A stretch of DNA of 64,000 nt from Candidatus Latescibacterota bacterium (GTDB taxonomy: Bacteria > Latescibacterota > UBA2968 > GCA-2709665), in the NCBI GenBank assembly GCA_965219455.1, contig OZ244744.1, positions 4,128,001 to 4,192,000 on the forward strand. Reading direction: 5' to 3'. Shown in pieces: positions 1 through 8,776 of the stretch; the first letter of the stretch is position 1; each line of letters starts with the position of its first letter. A program made the position numbers and the translations under genes. The notes beneath the pieces were generated by a model. The model saw nothing but the letters and a program-made list of their open reading frames with translations, had not been told where the DNA came from and made no database searches.

Positions 1-3000
1 TGGTCCGAGAGAAGTTGACGTATGCCCGTTCCCCGCGAACCTGAGAAAGGTACCATGCGCGGGGAACAATGGTCGCACGGCCCTTAAATGCACTGGTCAG
101 GTACTGGAGAACGGATTCCTGCAATCCTCTCCAGGAACGATCCCGGACCAGGCCTCCCTGATACGGGGGTTGGTTGTCCCTCGGCAATCGATAAAATTTG
201 ATTGAAGTCTGTACCGACGTAAATGATAGCGCCGTAAACGTCAGCAATGTGAGGGTGATGGCCGTCAGTCCGGTACGGAGAGGACGTTTTCGCAAATTGG
301 AAATGCCCAGAATTATTGAAGCAGCCGTCGCGCTCAACCTCCCCACGTCCGCCTCGTACGTTCCTGCCGAGGCCTGCTTCATTTTCCGTACCTCTTCGCC
401 GAACTTGGAAACGACAATGAACATCGCAATGCCGCCAAGCGCCATGATCACGAAAGCCAGAAAGATGATGTAGGGCGTGCTGCTCAGCTTGAAGGCCGGA
501 TGGACGTAACGAAGGACAATGAAAAACAGCACGAAGATTCCCGCAAAGCCGCTCAGGCGCCGGGTGATATCCGGAAATCCGAAAAGCAGCCGCTCGCAGA
601 AAAAGGAAAACGGCAGCAGGAGAATGAAATAAAAGATAATCCCACGTACCGTGTCGTTTGCCGTGGACATCACTTCAGGGTATCCGCGGGCTTCCAGCCC
701 CCAGGCCTCCCTGGACGCGGCGATAAACCCTTCGTAGTCGTGGCGGGCCAGGTCCTCACGCGCCCGTTTTAGCGCGTCGGCCGCGTGCGTGTGCAGCTTT
801 TCCAACCGGGCATTCGTTATTCCGTACTGGGCAAGCTGCTTCATCCGGATGTCGTCTATCACCCACATATCCTTGGCGGCCTTGTATGACGGGTAGAGGA
901 TCACGCCGGGAGGATAACCTGCGCCGCGAGACTGCTCCAACAATTCATCGTCCACGTCCCACTTGCCCACGGGGTTTTCCAGAAACTCCTCCGGGGCGTT
1001 TGTCAGCAGGTATTTCACCCCGAACAGGCCCGTGCTCATCAGAATCTTGATGGGATCGGGACTGCCGGTTGTGGGGTTTATCGCGGTAAACGCCACCGCC
1101 GCCCGCGTTACGTCGCCCTCTTTGATGCTCTGGTTCTCAATATAGTAGTAACCGTATTCCAGCGGCTGGGAATCGCCGGCATTCAACACGGTCATAAAAT
1201 CCAGCGCCGAAAGGTAACTGGAATCGATTATTTCAAACACACTGAGAGACCTGCACTTGAAGAGGACCGCCAGCATCTCGTTCTCCCACCATCCGTAGCC
1301 CTGCCGGGCGGGAAACTTCTCCTCGCCTTCCGTACCCAGATCCGGCGCCGATATGATTCGGCCATGGTCGTCGATTTCATATGCCAATATTTGATTTGTA
1401 AACCGGTTGCGCATGATGTTGAAATGGAATCGGCCAGTGGCCTCCACTTCCTCTTTTGTGCCGAATATGGGCCCTGTGGATCGGTCGCTCACGTATTTGG
1501 GGCCTTCCGTGGTTTTGTCCACAATCAAGGTACGTACCCCACCGCAGCTGGCAACCGGCCCGGGCTGTTGATATGTGACGATGGCCCCAGGCACGGGCAC
1601 GCGTGGAATCGCAAAATCGGCATCTCGTTCAAACCACAGAATGCGTCCCTTCATACTGTGGCCAAGGTCCTGCAACTTGAGTTTGGACACCCGGAAGAAC
1701 TCGGGATCTTCCAACGCCTTCAGCAGCATGCCGGTCGCCGTACGGGTTTGCCGGGCCAGGTTGGCGAAGTTGACGAATTCCACCCGGTCGGCGGGCGTAT
1801 CCACCTTTTCACGCGTTGTGGACGGGGTGGCCAGCGTAATCCCTTCCTTGCCAACGAATTTGACCGCCTCGCTGTCGAATCCCAAACGGACGGGCATGTA
1901 GTTCTTCCACGTTCGTTTCGGTGGCGCAACGGCGTCGACGTGACGTTCTTCGCCAGGATAGATTTTGGCCAGGTATTTGTTGAATTTCTTCGCGTACGGC
2001 GCCAGCAGGTTGTTTTCGTAGTTGTTCGTTGACCAGTTCGGGTTGATAAACGTACCGTGTGAGAAACTGGCGATCTCGTCCGTTTCGCTCGACAGGTCGA
2101 ACCCGACGAATAGCCGGAAATCGATCTTCTGTCCGTCCGGAATCTTCTCCCGGAAGTGGTCGCTTTCCCGGGAATGCCTGAAAAGGAAGTCGTTGACGCC
2201 GGACAACCCCTGGAAGTGGGCGCCTGTTACCAGGAATTTTACCGTGTACCGCGGCAGCCGCGACAGTCGTCCCGAGGCGTCTAGCCACGATTTGTCTTTC
2301 AACGCCGCCGCGACATCCAGAAGGGCGGCCAACCCGGTCGCATTCTCCGCACCCGGAGCCAATGCCGGCACCACGGAAATGGCGTCGTAAAACGAACTCA
2401 GGACAACCATCTCGTCCTTCCATTTCCGTTCTTCACGCTCCGTGACAAAGGCGTCGGAGCCAGGCAGGGTGGCGTATATGTTCCACGTGGGAACCTTTTC
2501 CCAGTCCATTTTGGACGTCATTCTCACGAGCGTGGCGTTGGACTCTGCGAGTGCCGCGAGACGGGCCGCGTCGGCTTTCTCCACCCAGAACCTGGGCACA
2601 TCCACCGGTACCTGAAGGAGTTTCTCCTGGGCTTGTCCTCTGCTCACGCCGCCGTTATCGTAGAAAATGATGGCCTGTGCGCCCAACATGCGTGGGTTGA
2701 GATAGTTCTGACCGCAATCGAATTCCATCAACGCGATGCTGTTCGCCACCGGCTTCGAATTCAATGCCCGGAAAGATCCATCACCTGCGTCGATCAGCGC
2801 GCCCGTAACGCCGCCGTCCGGCAGGGAAGGCGTTTGCACGTGATTGGGCCAAAGCCCGTACAGCCGGATCGTGTCTCCGGTTTCCAGAACATCCAGTGTC
2901 GCCCCCTTGTCGATGGGCACGGTGACGTGGTGTTCCTCTACCGTGATATCCTCCAGACCCAGCGCCTCGAAACGGTCTTTGACGTATTCGAAGGCCTTCC

Positions 3001-3271
3001 TGTGCCCCGGATACCCCGGTACCCGGGATCCCATCCCGGCCAGAGCGGATACCGTTTCCTGGAGACTCGCCTCTGAGATCTGATCGGCGAAATCCTGAAT
3101 GCGTTCGTCTCTGTGGGAGGGCTTCTCCACACGCACCTGAGGAACGCTGGGCTTGATATTGAAAACACGAATAAAAAAGTCGGTTACCTGTCCCGGGTTG
3201 AACACGGTAACCGACGAAAGCATGAAAATCGCGATCAGCCACAGAATCGCGCCGCCGAGTTTACGCAGCAT
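1..3271 (-). CDS. Large M28-peptidase-like / FtsX-like permease fusion membrane protein, 3' end outside the window (>1090 aa)
   Basis: Not in the ORF track because it runs off the window. Translated by hand: ATG at 3271 with an AGGAG RBS, MLRKLGGAILWLIAIF...GSRVPGYPG. M28-like SSFYDAISVVPALAPGAENATG and FLVTGAHFQGLSG lie at ~2200-2410. The same frame gives a TM block near 200-660 (RGIIFYFILLLPFSF; NLRKRPLRTGLTAITLTLLTF, FtsX-like). Confidence 0.85.
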   Translation of the reverse strand, partial: MLRKLGGAILWLIAIFMLSSVTVFNPGQVTDFFIRVFNIKPSVPQVRVEKPSHRDERIQDFADQISEASLQETVSALAGMGSRVPGYPGHRKAFEYVKDRFEALGLEDITVEEHHVTVPIDKGATLDVLETGDTIRLYGLWPNHVQTPSLPDGGVTGALIDAGDGSFRALNSKPVANSIALMEFDCGQNYLNPRMLGAQAIIFYDNGGVSRGQAQEKLLQVPVDVPRFWVEKADAARLAALAESNATLVRMTSKMDWEKVPTWNIYATLPGSDAFVTEREERKWKDEMVVLSSFYDAISVVPALAPGAENATGLAALLDVAAALKDKSWLDASGRLSRLPRYTVKFLVTGAHFQGLSGVNDFLFRHSRESDHFREKIPDGQKIDFRLFVGFDLSSETDEIASFSHGTFINPNWSTNNYENNLLAPYAKKFNKYLAKIYPGEERHVDAVAPPKRTWKNYMPVRLGFDSEAVKFVGKEGITLATPSTTREKVDTPADRVEFVNFANLARQTRTATGMLLKALEDPEFFRVSKLKLQDLGHSMKGRILWFERDADFAIPRVPVPGAIVTYQQPGPVASCGGVRTLIVDKTTEGPKYVSDRSTGPIFGTKEEVEATGRFHFNIMRNRFTNQILAYEIDDHGRIISAPDLGTEGEEKFPARQGYGWWENEMLAVLFKCRSLSVFEIIDSSYLSALDFMTVLNAGDSQPLEYGYYYIENQSIKEGDVTRAAVAFTAINPTTGSPDPIKILMSTGLFGVKYLLTNAPEEFLENPVGKWDVDDELLEQSRGAGYPPGVILYPSYKAAKDMWVIDDIRMKQLAQYGITNARLEKLHTHAADALKRAREDLARHDYEGFIAASREAWGLEARGYPEVMSTANDTVRGIIFYFILLLPFSFFCERLLFGFPDITRRLSGFAGIFVLFFIVLRYVHPAFKLSSTPYIIFLAFVIMALGGIAMFIVVSKFGEEVRKMKQASAGTYEADVGRLSATAASIILGISNLRKRPLRTGLTAITLTLLTFTALSFTSVQTSIKFYRLPRDNQPPYQGGLVRDRSWRGLQESVLQYLTSAFKGRATIVPRAWYLSQVRGERAYVNFSRT

Positions 3272-3506
3272 AGTCAACTCCTGAATCTTGAGAAACTCAG
3301 TTTTCGTTTTGGCCGCCCTGTTCGGCGCATTACGACAAAGGACCCGACAGGCGTCCCGGGGTTGCCCGAATGGTATTCCGACGCATTGGCGCGATCTCAG
3401 TTGCGGAAGATCACCAAGCGCATTGCGGATGGTCGCGGAACCCGCCCCTGCGGTAGCCGATGGTCAATTCCGAAATGCAGGCCGTCGCGGGAATCAACGA
3501 AATTTT

Positions 3507-3535
3507 GATATAACAAATAAGAATACCGTTGTCAA
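3507..3535 (-). promoter_or_regulatory. sigma70-type promoter for the M28/FtsX gene
   Basis: Minus strand reads TTGACA-17 nt-TATATC. Confidence 0.7.
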
Positions 3536-3623
3536 GGCATTTTCTATTGCTCTAATCATCTGATTTTTCTGGCCTTCGTGGCTCATGCCATCCGTGTCCA
3601 CCGACCGGAAACAAGAAAAACGC

Positions 3624-3651
3624 TTGCGTCCGAACACGCTTTTTTTATATT
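3624..3651 (+). promoter_or_regulatory. Possible sigma70 promoter for the LamG lipoprotein
   Basis: TTGCGT-16 nt-TATATT, divergent from the promoter at 3507-3535. Confidence 0.4.
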
Positions 3652-3722
3652 GGTGATCCGCTGTACTGGCCAGTTAAAACGGGTTCATCGATCCTACCCT
3701 CTCCCGAAAGGAGAAGTACCTT

Positions 3723-4583
3723 ATGACATGGTGCCCTCCCCGGCTCTTGCACCTGATCACAATTCCCGTTGCCGCACTCGGTCTTTCTTCCTGCGGGGGT
3801 CCTGAAAAAAAAATCGAGGAAAAGCTCGCAGCGAATGTCCTCTTTTTTGCTAACTTTGACGACAGATCCCGTTTCGAGGCGCTTACGATAAAGAAGGGCA
3901 CGGTCGCTGCGATGGAGACGAGCAGCCCGCCCCGACATGAGTTTACCGGGGGCAAAGAGGATGGCTTCGTTTCATTCGCAAACGGCGCAACCTATCTCAG
4001 CTATCAGGCCAAAGGAAACTTTCCGTACGGTGTGAATAGCCCATGGTCCGGAGGGGTCTCTTTCTGGTTGAGCGTAGATCCAAACAGCGACTTCACGGAG
4101 AAGTTCCCCGAGCCCTTTTCCATCGGAAAGAAGTGGGACGACGCGGTCATATTCGTAGACTTCGAAAAGAGCCAGAAGGATCGCCCTCCCAGCGCCCTTC
4201 GCTTCGGCTGTTATCCCGATAAAACGCGGGCAGTCGCCGAAGAACTGGTAAAACAGTGGACGATCCGGTATGAGAAGCTCAACTGGAAATCCGACCAATG
4301 GCACCATATTGTCGTCACGTGGTCCAATATCAACAGCGGCAACGCCGATGCCGAGTACGCACTCTTCGTCGACGGAGAAGAAATAGGCCGGAAGAAGAAT
4401 ACCCGGCGCGACATTACCTGGAACATGGACGATATGGCCATTCGATTCAACAATTACAAGACCGCCTATTCCGGTAAGATCGACGAAATCGCCGTTTTCA
4501 ATACCATGCTCGACCCGGCCGACGTAATCTATCTATTCAAGCCCAAACGACCATTGAATGTACTCCTGAAAAAAGACAGATAG
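3723..4583 (+). CDS. LamG/concanavalin-A-like jellyroll lipoprotein
   Basis: AAGGAG RBS; lipobox LSSC; LamG motifs QWHHIVVTW, LFVDGEE, YSGKIDEIAVFN. Confidence 0.8.
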   Translation: MTWCPPRLLHLITIPVAALGLSSCGGPEKKIEEKLAANVLFFANFDDRSRFEALTIKKGTVAAMETSSPPRHEFTGGKEDGFVSFANGATYLSYQAKGNFPYGVNSPWSGGVSFWLSVDPNSDFTEKFPEPFSIGKKWDDAVIFVDFEKSQKDRPPSALRFGCYPDKTRAVAEELVKQWTIRYEKLNWKSDQWHHIVVTWSNINSGNADAEYALFVDGEEIGRKKNTRRDITWNMDDMAIRFNNYKTAYSGKIDEIAVFNTMLDPADVIYLFKPKRPLNVLLKKDR

Positions 4584-4771
4584 GTGCCGGGTGGCGATTC
4601 GATTCTCCGACGCGACACGCCAATAAAGCCGATCCTGGCGCCGCGATCGGGAATATAGGCACTCACCCCGGTTTCGTAATTTCTGTCCTGCCGCGGCCGA
4701 TGTGATTCGACATAAGTCGTCAATTGCCTTCCTGTTGCATGGCGTTGTGGCTTGAAAACAGTCTTCATTTT

Positions 4772-4810
4772 AAAAAAGGGGCGATAGAGACGATGCTATC
4801 CCCCCCTTTT
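4772..4810. terminator. Hairpin, possibly a bidirectional terminator
   Basis: AAAAGGGG-c-GATAG...CTATC-c-CCCCTTTT inverted repeat. Confidence 0.45.
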
Positions 4811-4909
4811 CGTGGTCGGGTCCGCGGCTCCCGGCGTCAACGGCCGGTACCGCGAACAGGGCCCGTGTCGACGACATCCTTCCTTCGACGATCGTCCCCC
4901 GGAGTGCCA

Positions 4910-6061
4910 GTGTTAAACTTTCTGATCTTTATTATACCTCTTGGCATCGGCTGGTTCGGAAGCCCGGTGCAGGGCGCTGAAGGCGGGGAGAATGAAGCTG
5001 AACTGGCTCATTTTCGGCGCCTTGTCAGAGTCCGGCCTGAGGACATCCAGGCGAACATTCACTACCAGGACCTGATGCTCAAGTCGGACCGCAGCCGGGA
5101 GTTGCTTGTCGAATATCTGAGGCGCCTGCAGGCCAGACCCGGATCGGCCGTGGGTCTCTACCTGTATGCGCGCCTGCTAACCCGTCCGGATGAGCGACTT
5201 GCCTATCTGAAACGGTCGATAAGTGCCAATCCCGAAATCTTTCAGGCGCGGGTCGATCTGGGCAGGACATTCTACCACAAAGGGAATTATGACTCGGCCC
5301 TGGCGCACTATAAAGCCGCCCTGGAACTCAGACCAAAGTCGGCATTTGTGCGAAATCTGATGGGCCTGGCCTATTACCATAAAGGATACGCCGACCAGGC
5401 GATTGCGGAATACAGACGGGCGGTCAAGCTCAACGACAAGTACACGGATGCTTATCTCAATCTGGGCCTTACCTATATCTACACGGGGAAGACGGACAAA
5501 GCGATAGAAATCTATGAACAGGCGCTTCGATTCCAGTCGGAAGCCACGGAACGCCGGTACATTTACAGAAACCTGGGAATGGCCTATGCTCAGGAAGGAA
5601 ATCTCAGGAAAGCACGGTCCGCCTACCTGAAGGCTCTGGAGATCGATCCCCAATACGGCGAAGCGTATGTAAGCCTCGGCAACCTGGCATTCAACCGCAG
5701 GGACTTCAAGGCCGCCGTCGACACCTACCGAAAGGCGATTGCCGCCGGTGCCGACGACGCTTCGGTCTATCTCAAATTGGGGGTATCCTACTTCAACGTT
5801 CGCAATTACGACAATGCCATCACGCATCTGCAAAACGCGGTAAAGATCGATTCCCTACAGGTAGACGCCTACTTCTACCTGGGTTTGGCCTGCTTTAGAG
5901 ACGGTCGCCACGATAGCGCCCGCGAAGCGCTTGAAACCTACGTACGTAAGGAGAAACGCATTTCGAAGAATTCCGTTGTATTCGACGCCAAGCAACTTCT
6001 GGATGACCTGAATCGCCTTAGAATAAGATCATCCATTCCGGGTACCCAGAAAAAGGAATAG
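4910..6061 (+). CDS. Exported tetratricopeptide repeat protein
   Basis: Many TPR units (e.g. AYLNLGLTYIYTGKTDKAIEIYEQAL). Start placed at GTG 4910 after GGAG, giving a signal-peptide-like N-terminus; the ORF track starts at 4724. Confidence 0.85.
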   Translation: MLNFLIFIIPLGIGWFGSPVQGAEGGENEAELAHFRRLVRVRPEDIQANIHYQDLMLKSDRSRELLVEYLRRLQARPGSAVGLYLYARLLTRPDERLAYLKRSISANPEIFQARVDLGRTFYHKGNYDSALAHYKAALELRPKSAFVRNLMGLAYYHKGYADQAIAEYRRAVKLNDKYTDAYLNLGLTYIYTGKTDKAIEIYEQALRFQSEATERRYIYRNLGMAYAQEGNLRKARSAYLKALEIDPQYGEAYVSLGNLAFNRRDFKAAVDTYRKAIAAGADDASVYLKLGVSYFNVRNYDNAITHLQNAVKIDSLQVDAYFYLGLACFRDGRHDSAREALETYVRKEKRISKNSVVFDAKQLLDDLNRLRIRSSIPGTQKKE

Positions 6062-6265
6062 GAATCCATTGGCGAATAGCCCGCTGACCAGACCGTTCTT
6101 GAATACCTCCCCGACCGTCTCAAGTTCTCCGAAAAACGCGACCATCAGGACCGACAGAACCAACGGCGTCACCGGCGTCCAGCGTTTGGGAACCCCAATC
6201 CATCGAAATAGCAGCGCCCCCAGAACCGAAAGCGCGGCAACACCCAGTTGGTTTTCTAAACCCAT
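6029..6265 (-). CDS. Small holin-like membrane protein (78 aa)
   Basis: GGAG RBS; 2-3 hydrophobic segments; the pattern VPKRWTPVTPLVLSV...GLVSGLFANG resembles small Firmicutes-type phage holins (from memory). Overlaps the TPR gene 3' end by 33 nt. Confidence 0.55.
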   Translation of the reverse strand: MGLENQLGVAALSVLGALLFRWIGVPKRWTPVTPLVLSVLMVAFFGELETVGEVFKNGLVSGLFANGFLFLFLGTRNG

Positions 6266-6745
6266 GGATTTCTCCAGTAGGCTCTGGCAATGCGCACAAC
6301 CGATATATGTATGATTTTTTTGGACCTATGAAATTGTTGAATAGCAAAGAATGTGATGTGCGGAACCGGCGGGCTTCCACATCGGAACCCCCATGCGAGA
6401 AACGAATCTGTGCCGCGCACAAACTGCTGCACGCGCCCGACCTACCGGTGAATTCCGGAGTGCCCGCAATATACCGCTTGCACCCAGGGCACGCAACCGC
6501 AAAGGGTGGCTTGCTGAAGTCGAGGAACCGACCTCACCCGGCTTTGCGGGCGCGGTTTGTCGTAACGTGATCCGTTTTTGGTTCTCGACGATCGTCCCCT
6601 GGCAACACACCCTTTGATGTCTGCATTTCGGGCGTAATTCAGGTCGAATCCGGCCTCGCCGGACCCAGGGAGACTTCCTTCGTATAGCCCTTTGTATGGA
6701 GAATCCATTCACCGCCTGCAGTGACGAAATTTCTAGAGAAATCGC

Positions 6746-6774
6746 TTGACTTTGATGAACTTAAGATGTATCTT
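6746..6774 (+). promoter_or_regulatory. sigma70 promoter of the DUF4398-LDT-PorV-era operon
   Basis: TTGACT-17 nt-TATCTT. Confidence 0.6.
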
Positions 6775-6873
6775 CTTGTCGTATCAGTGCGCTAACTGTG
6801 AGTTGTTTCGGAAATGGTTATTTCTGTTTGACTTGTTGCCAACATTTGAGGTCCTATCAACCAAGGAGGGGAG

Positions 6874-7476
6874 ATGCGATCTGTCCTGAGAATCGGCCTT
6901 GTTGTCTGTTTTGCCGCGGCCTTTGTGGCTTGCGAACAACCTCCCGAAGAGGAAATCAAAGCCGCCGAAGGCGCCCTCAGTAAAGCCAAGGCCGCCGAGG
7001 CCGACGTCTACGCCGAGGAGATTTTCCGTTCGGCCACGAATACCCTGAAAGACGCCAAAGACAAAGTAGAACAAGGCGAATATAAAGAGGCCAGAGCCGC
7101 CGCCATTGAGGCGGAGGAACGCGCAAACCAGTCCGTGTCTCAGGCGGAAACAAACAAGGTCAAAACACGCGACGACGCTCAGGCAATCATCGATTCGACG
7201 TCTCCCAGCGTGGCGGAGGCACGAGAAGCGCTTAGCGCCGCCCCCCGTGGCAAGGGCGCAGATGGAGATTTGGACCAGCTCGATGCAGATCTTGGCGAGG
7301 CCGAAGTGTCGCTGAATAGCGCAAGGGGCAGCCTGGAAAACGGCATGTTCAAGGATGCCTTGGCCCAGGCTCAGGCCGCGGAAAGCAAGTTGGGCGGGGT
7401 ACAGGACGCAGCAAAAACGGCAATGCAGAAAATCGAAGATTGGAAAGAGGAAAACAAAGCCTGGTATCTGCGTTAG
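6874..7476 (+). CDS. Ala-rich helical lipoprotein, DUF4398-like
   Basis: AAGGAGG RBS; lipobox FVAC; PPEEEIKAAEGALSKAKAAEADVYA pattern; coiled-coil character. Confidence 0.75.
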   Translation: MRSVLRIGLVVCFAAAFVACEQPPEEEIKAAEGALSKAKAAEADVYAEEIFRSATNTLKDAKDKVEQGEYKEARAAAIEAEERANQSVSQAETNKVKTRDDAQAIIDSTSPSVAEAREALSAAPRGKGADGDLDQLDADLGEAEVSLNSARGSLENGMFKDALAQAQAAESKLGGVQDAAKTAMQKIEDWKEENKAWYLR

Positions 7477-7511
7477 CCCATTGCCATTTTGTCATTTTCT
7501 TTTCTTAGTTT

Positions 7512-7557
7512 AAACTGGAAAACCGAGAAGCCTGCTCACTTCTCGGTTTTCCAGTTT
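7512..7557. terminator. Perfect 19-bp intercistronic hairpin
   Basis: AAACTGGAAAACCGAGAAG-cctgctca-CTTCTCGGTTTTCCAGTTT. Confidence 0.7.
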
Positions 7558-7562
7558 TAGGT

Positions 7563-8198
7563 ATGGTTTGCATGCGCCGGTTTTCTGTTATTCTGATTCT
7601 GCCTTTGGTGGTCGCCGCCGCTTGCCGGACTCGACCTCCGGACGCCCGTAGCCGGGCTTCCGGTCCAGCGGATACGTCCGCCCCATCCTCCACGGCAGAA
7701 CGTCTTGCGGCGGATATAGAAAGGCTGGAGGCCGCCCTTATCGGATTGATGGATGAAAAGCCACATATTGTAATCGACACGGTTCACAACCACCTGCAGG
7801 TCTGGCATCGAAACCGTCTGTTGGAGGACGCGGTCTGCGCAACCGGAAGCGGAAAGATTCTGTTGGGCGACAAGCGAAAGTCATGGCGGTTCATCACACC
7901 GAAAGGGCGATTCGAAATCCAACGAAAAGTGGTGAATCCGATATGGAAGAAGCCTGAATGGGCCTTTGTGGAGGCGGGACGGAAGGCTCCGGTACTGCCG
8001 TGGGATTTCGGGCGTCTGGATCCCGTCACGCTGGGCAAATATGCCCTGGAGTTGGGCGACGGATACGAAATTCACGGCAACCTCTACCCGAATCTCATCG
8101 GGCGAAACATTACGCACGGGTGCATTCGACTGAACGACGCCGACCTCGAGGCCGCGTTCGTCCGGGCGCAAATAGGAAGCCGTGTCTACATCTATTGA
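7563..8198 (+). CDS. L,D-transpeptidase (YkuD family) lipoprotein
   Basis: Lipobox AAAC; TPKGRF; catalytic motif IHG...ITHGCIRL. Confidence 0.9.
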   Translation: MVCMRRFSVILILPLVVAAACRTRPPDARSRASGPADTSAPSSTAERLAADIERLEAALIGLMDEKPHIVIDTVHNHLQVWHRNRLLEDAVCATGSGKILLGDKRKSWRFITPKGRFEIQRKVVNPIWKKPEWAFVEAGRKAPVLPWDFGRLDPVTLGKYALELGDGYEIHGNLYPNLIGRNITHGCIRLNDADLEAAFVRAQIGSRVYIY

Positions 8199-8776
8199 TC
8201 CTCACTATTACCATCCCCTTCGTCTTGTTCATGCCGTCTCCCGAGGCATGCGCCCAGAGCGTGCCGGACTCGCTCGAACAAGCGCTCAGTAACAGGAAAC
8301 AGGCGCTGGAGCTTGAAGTTCGGTTTGCAAGAAAGAACCCCGACGCCTACTACCTCGTAATCGATCTGCCGTCCCGCAAGGTTTATCTCAAAACCGGTGC
8401 GCACATCTTAAGGTCCTGCGCAATTCAGAAATACCGACTTACGGGAGCGTTGAGCCGGTCGTCTTCGCAACTCCGGATGATCGCCCGGCTCGACCCGGTC
8501 AGCGCCGAACCCGGAAATACCGGACTCAGGCTTCGCGGCCGCCGTTTGCCGCTCGATTTCAGCGGTCGGCTGATTGAGGGTCCCCGTGGTCGATCCAGGT
8601 TGTATTTTTCTCCTGCCCTGCTCATCCAGCCGCACGAATTTTCCTTGCCCGCCAGGACTGGCGGCATCGTCCTTGACTCGTCCGACGTCAAAGCGCTTGA
8701 TTCTGCTCTTCACCCGGGTAGCACCGCCATACTCATACCAATCGTCGACCGCATACCCGGAGAGCTATTCCCGTGA
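8195..8776 (+). CDS. Degenerate YkuD-like exported protein with no catalytic His/Cys
   Basis: TTG start overlaps the upstream stop (TTGA). Has YYLVIDLPSRKVYL and a C-terminal GGIVLDSSDVKAL...PGS in place of HGCIRL. Confidence 0.6.
   Translation: MILTITIPFVLFMPSPEACAQSVPDSLEQALSNRKQALELEVRFARKNPDAYYLVIDLPSRKVYLKTGAHILRSCAIQKYRLTGALSRSSSQLRMIARLDPVSAEPGNTGLRLRGRRLPLDFSGRLIEGPRGRSRLYFSPALLIQPHEFSLPARTGGIVLDSSDVKALDSALHPGSTAILIPIVDRIPGELFP

Noticed and set aside
198-3242. ORF-track entries in the first 3.2 kb
   Set aside because: All overlap the real minus-strand gene 1-3271 in other frames or on the opposite strand
6300-6740. Possible c-di-AMP/c-di-GMP riboswitch or small ORF (6442-6708) upstream of the LDT operon
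   Set aside because: Only fragmentary resemblance (GCTGAA...GGAACC), it lies upstream of the best promoter, and the ORF has no recognisable features
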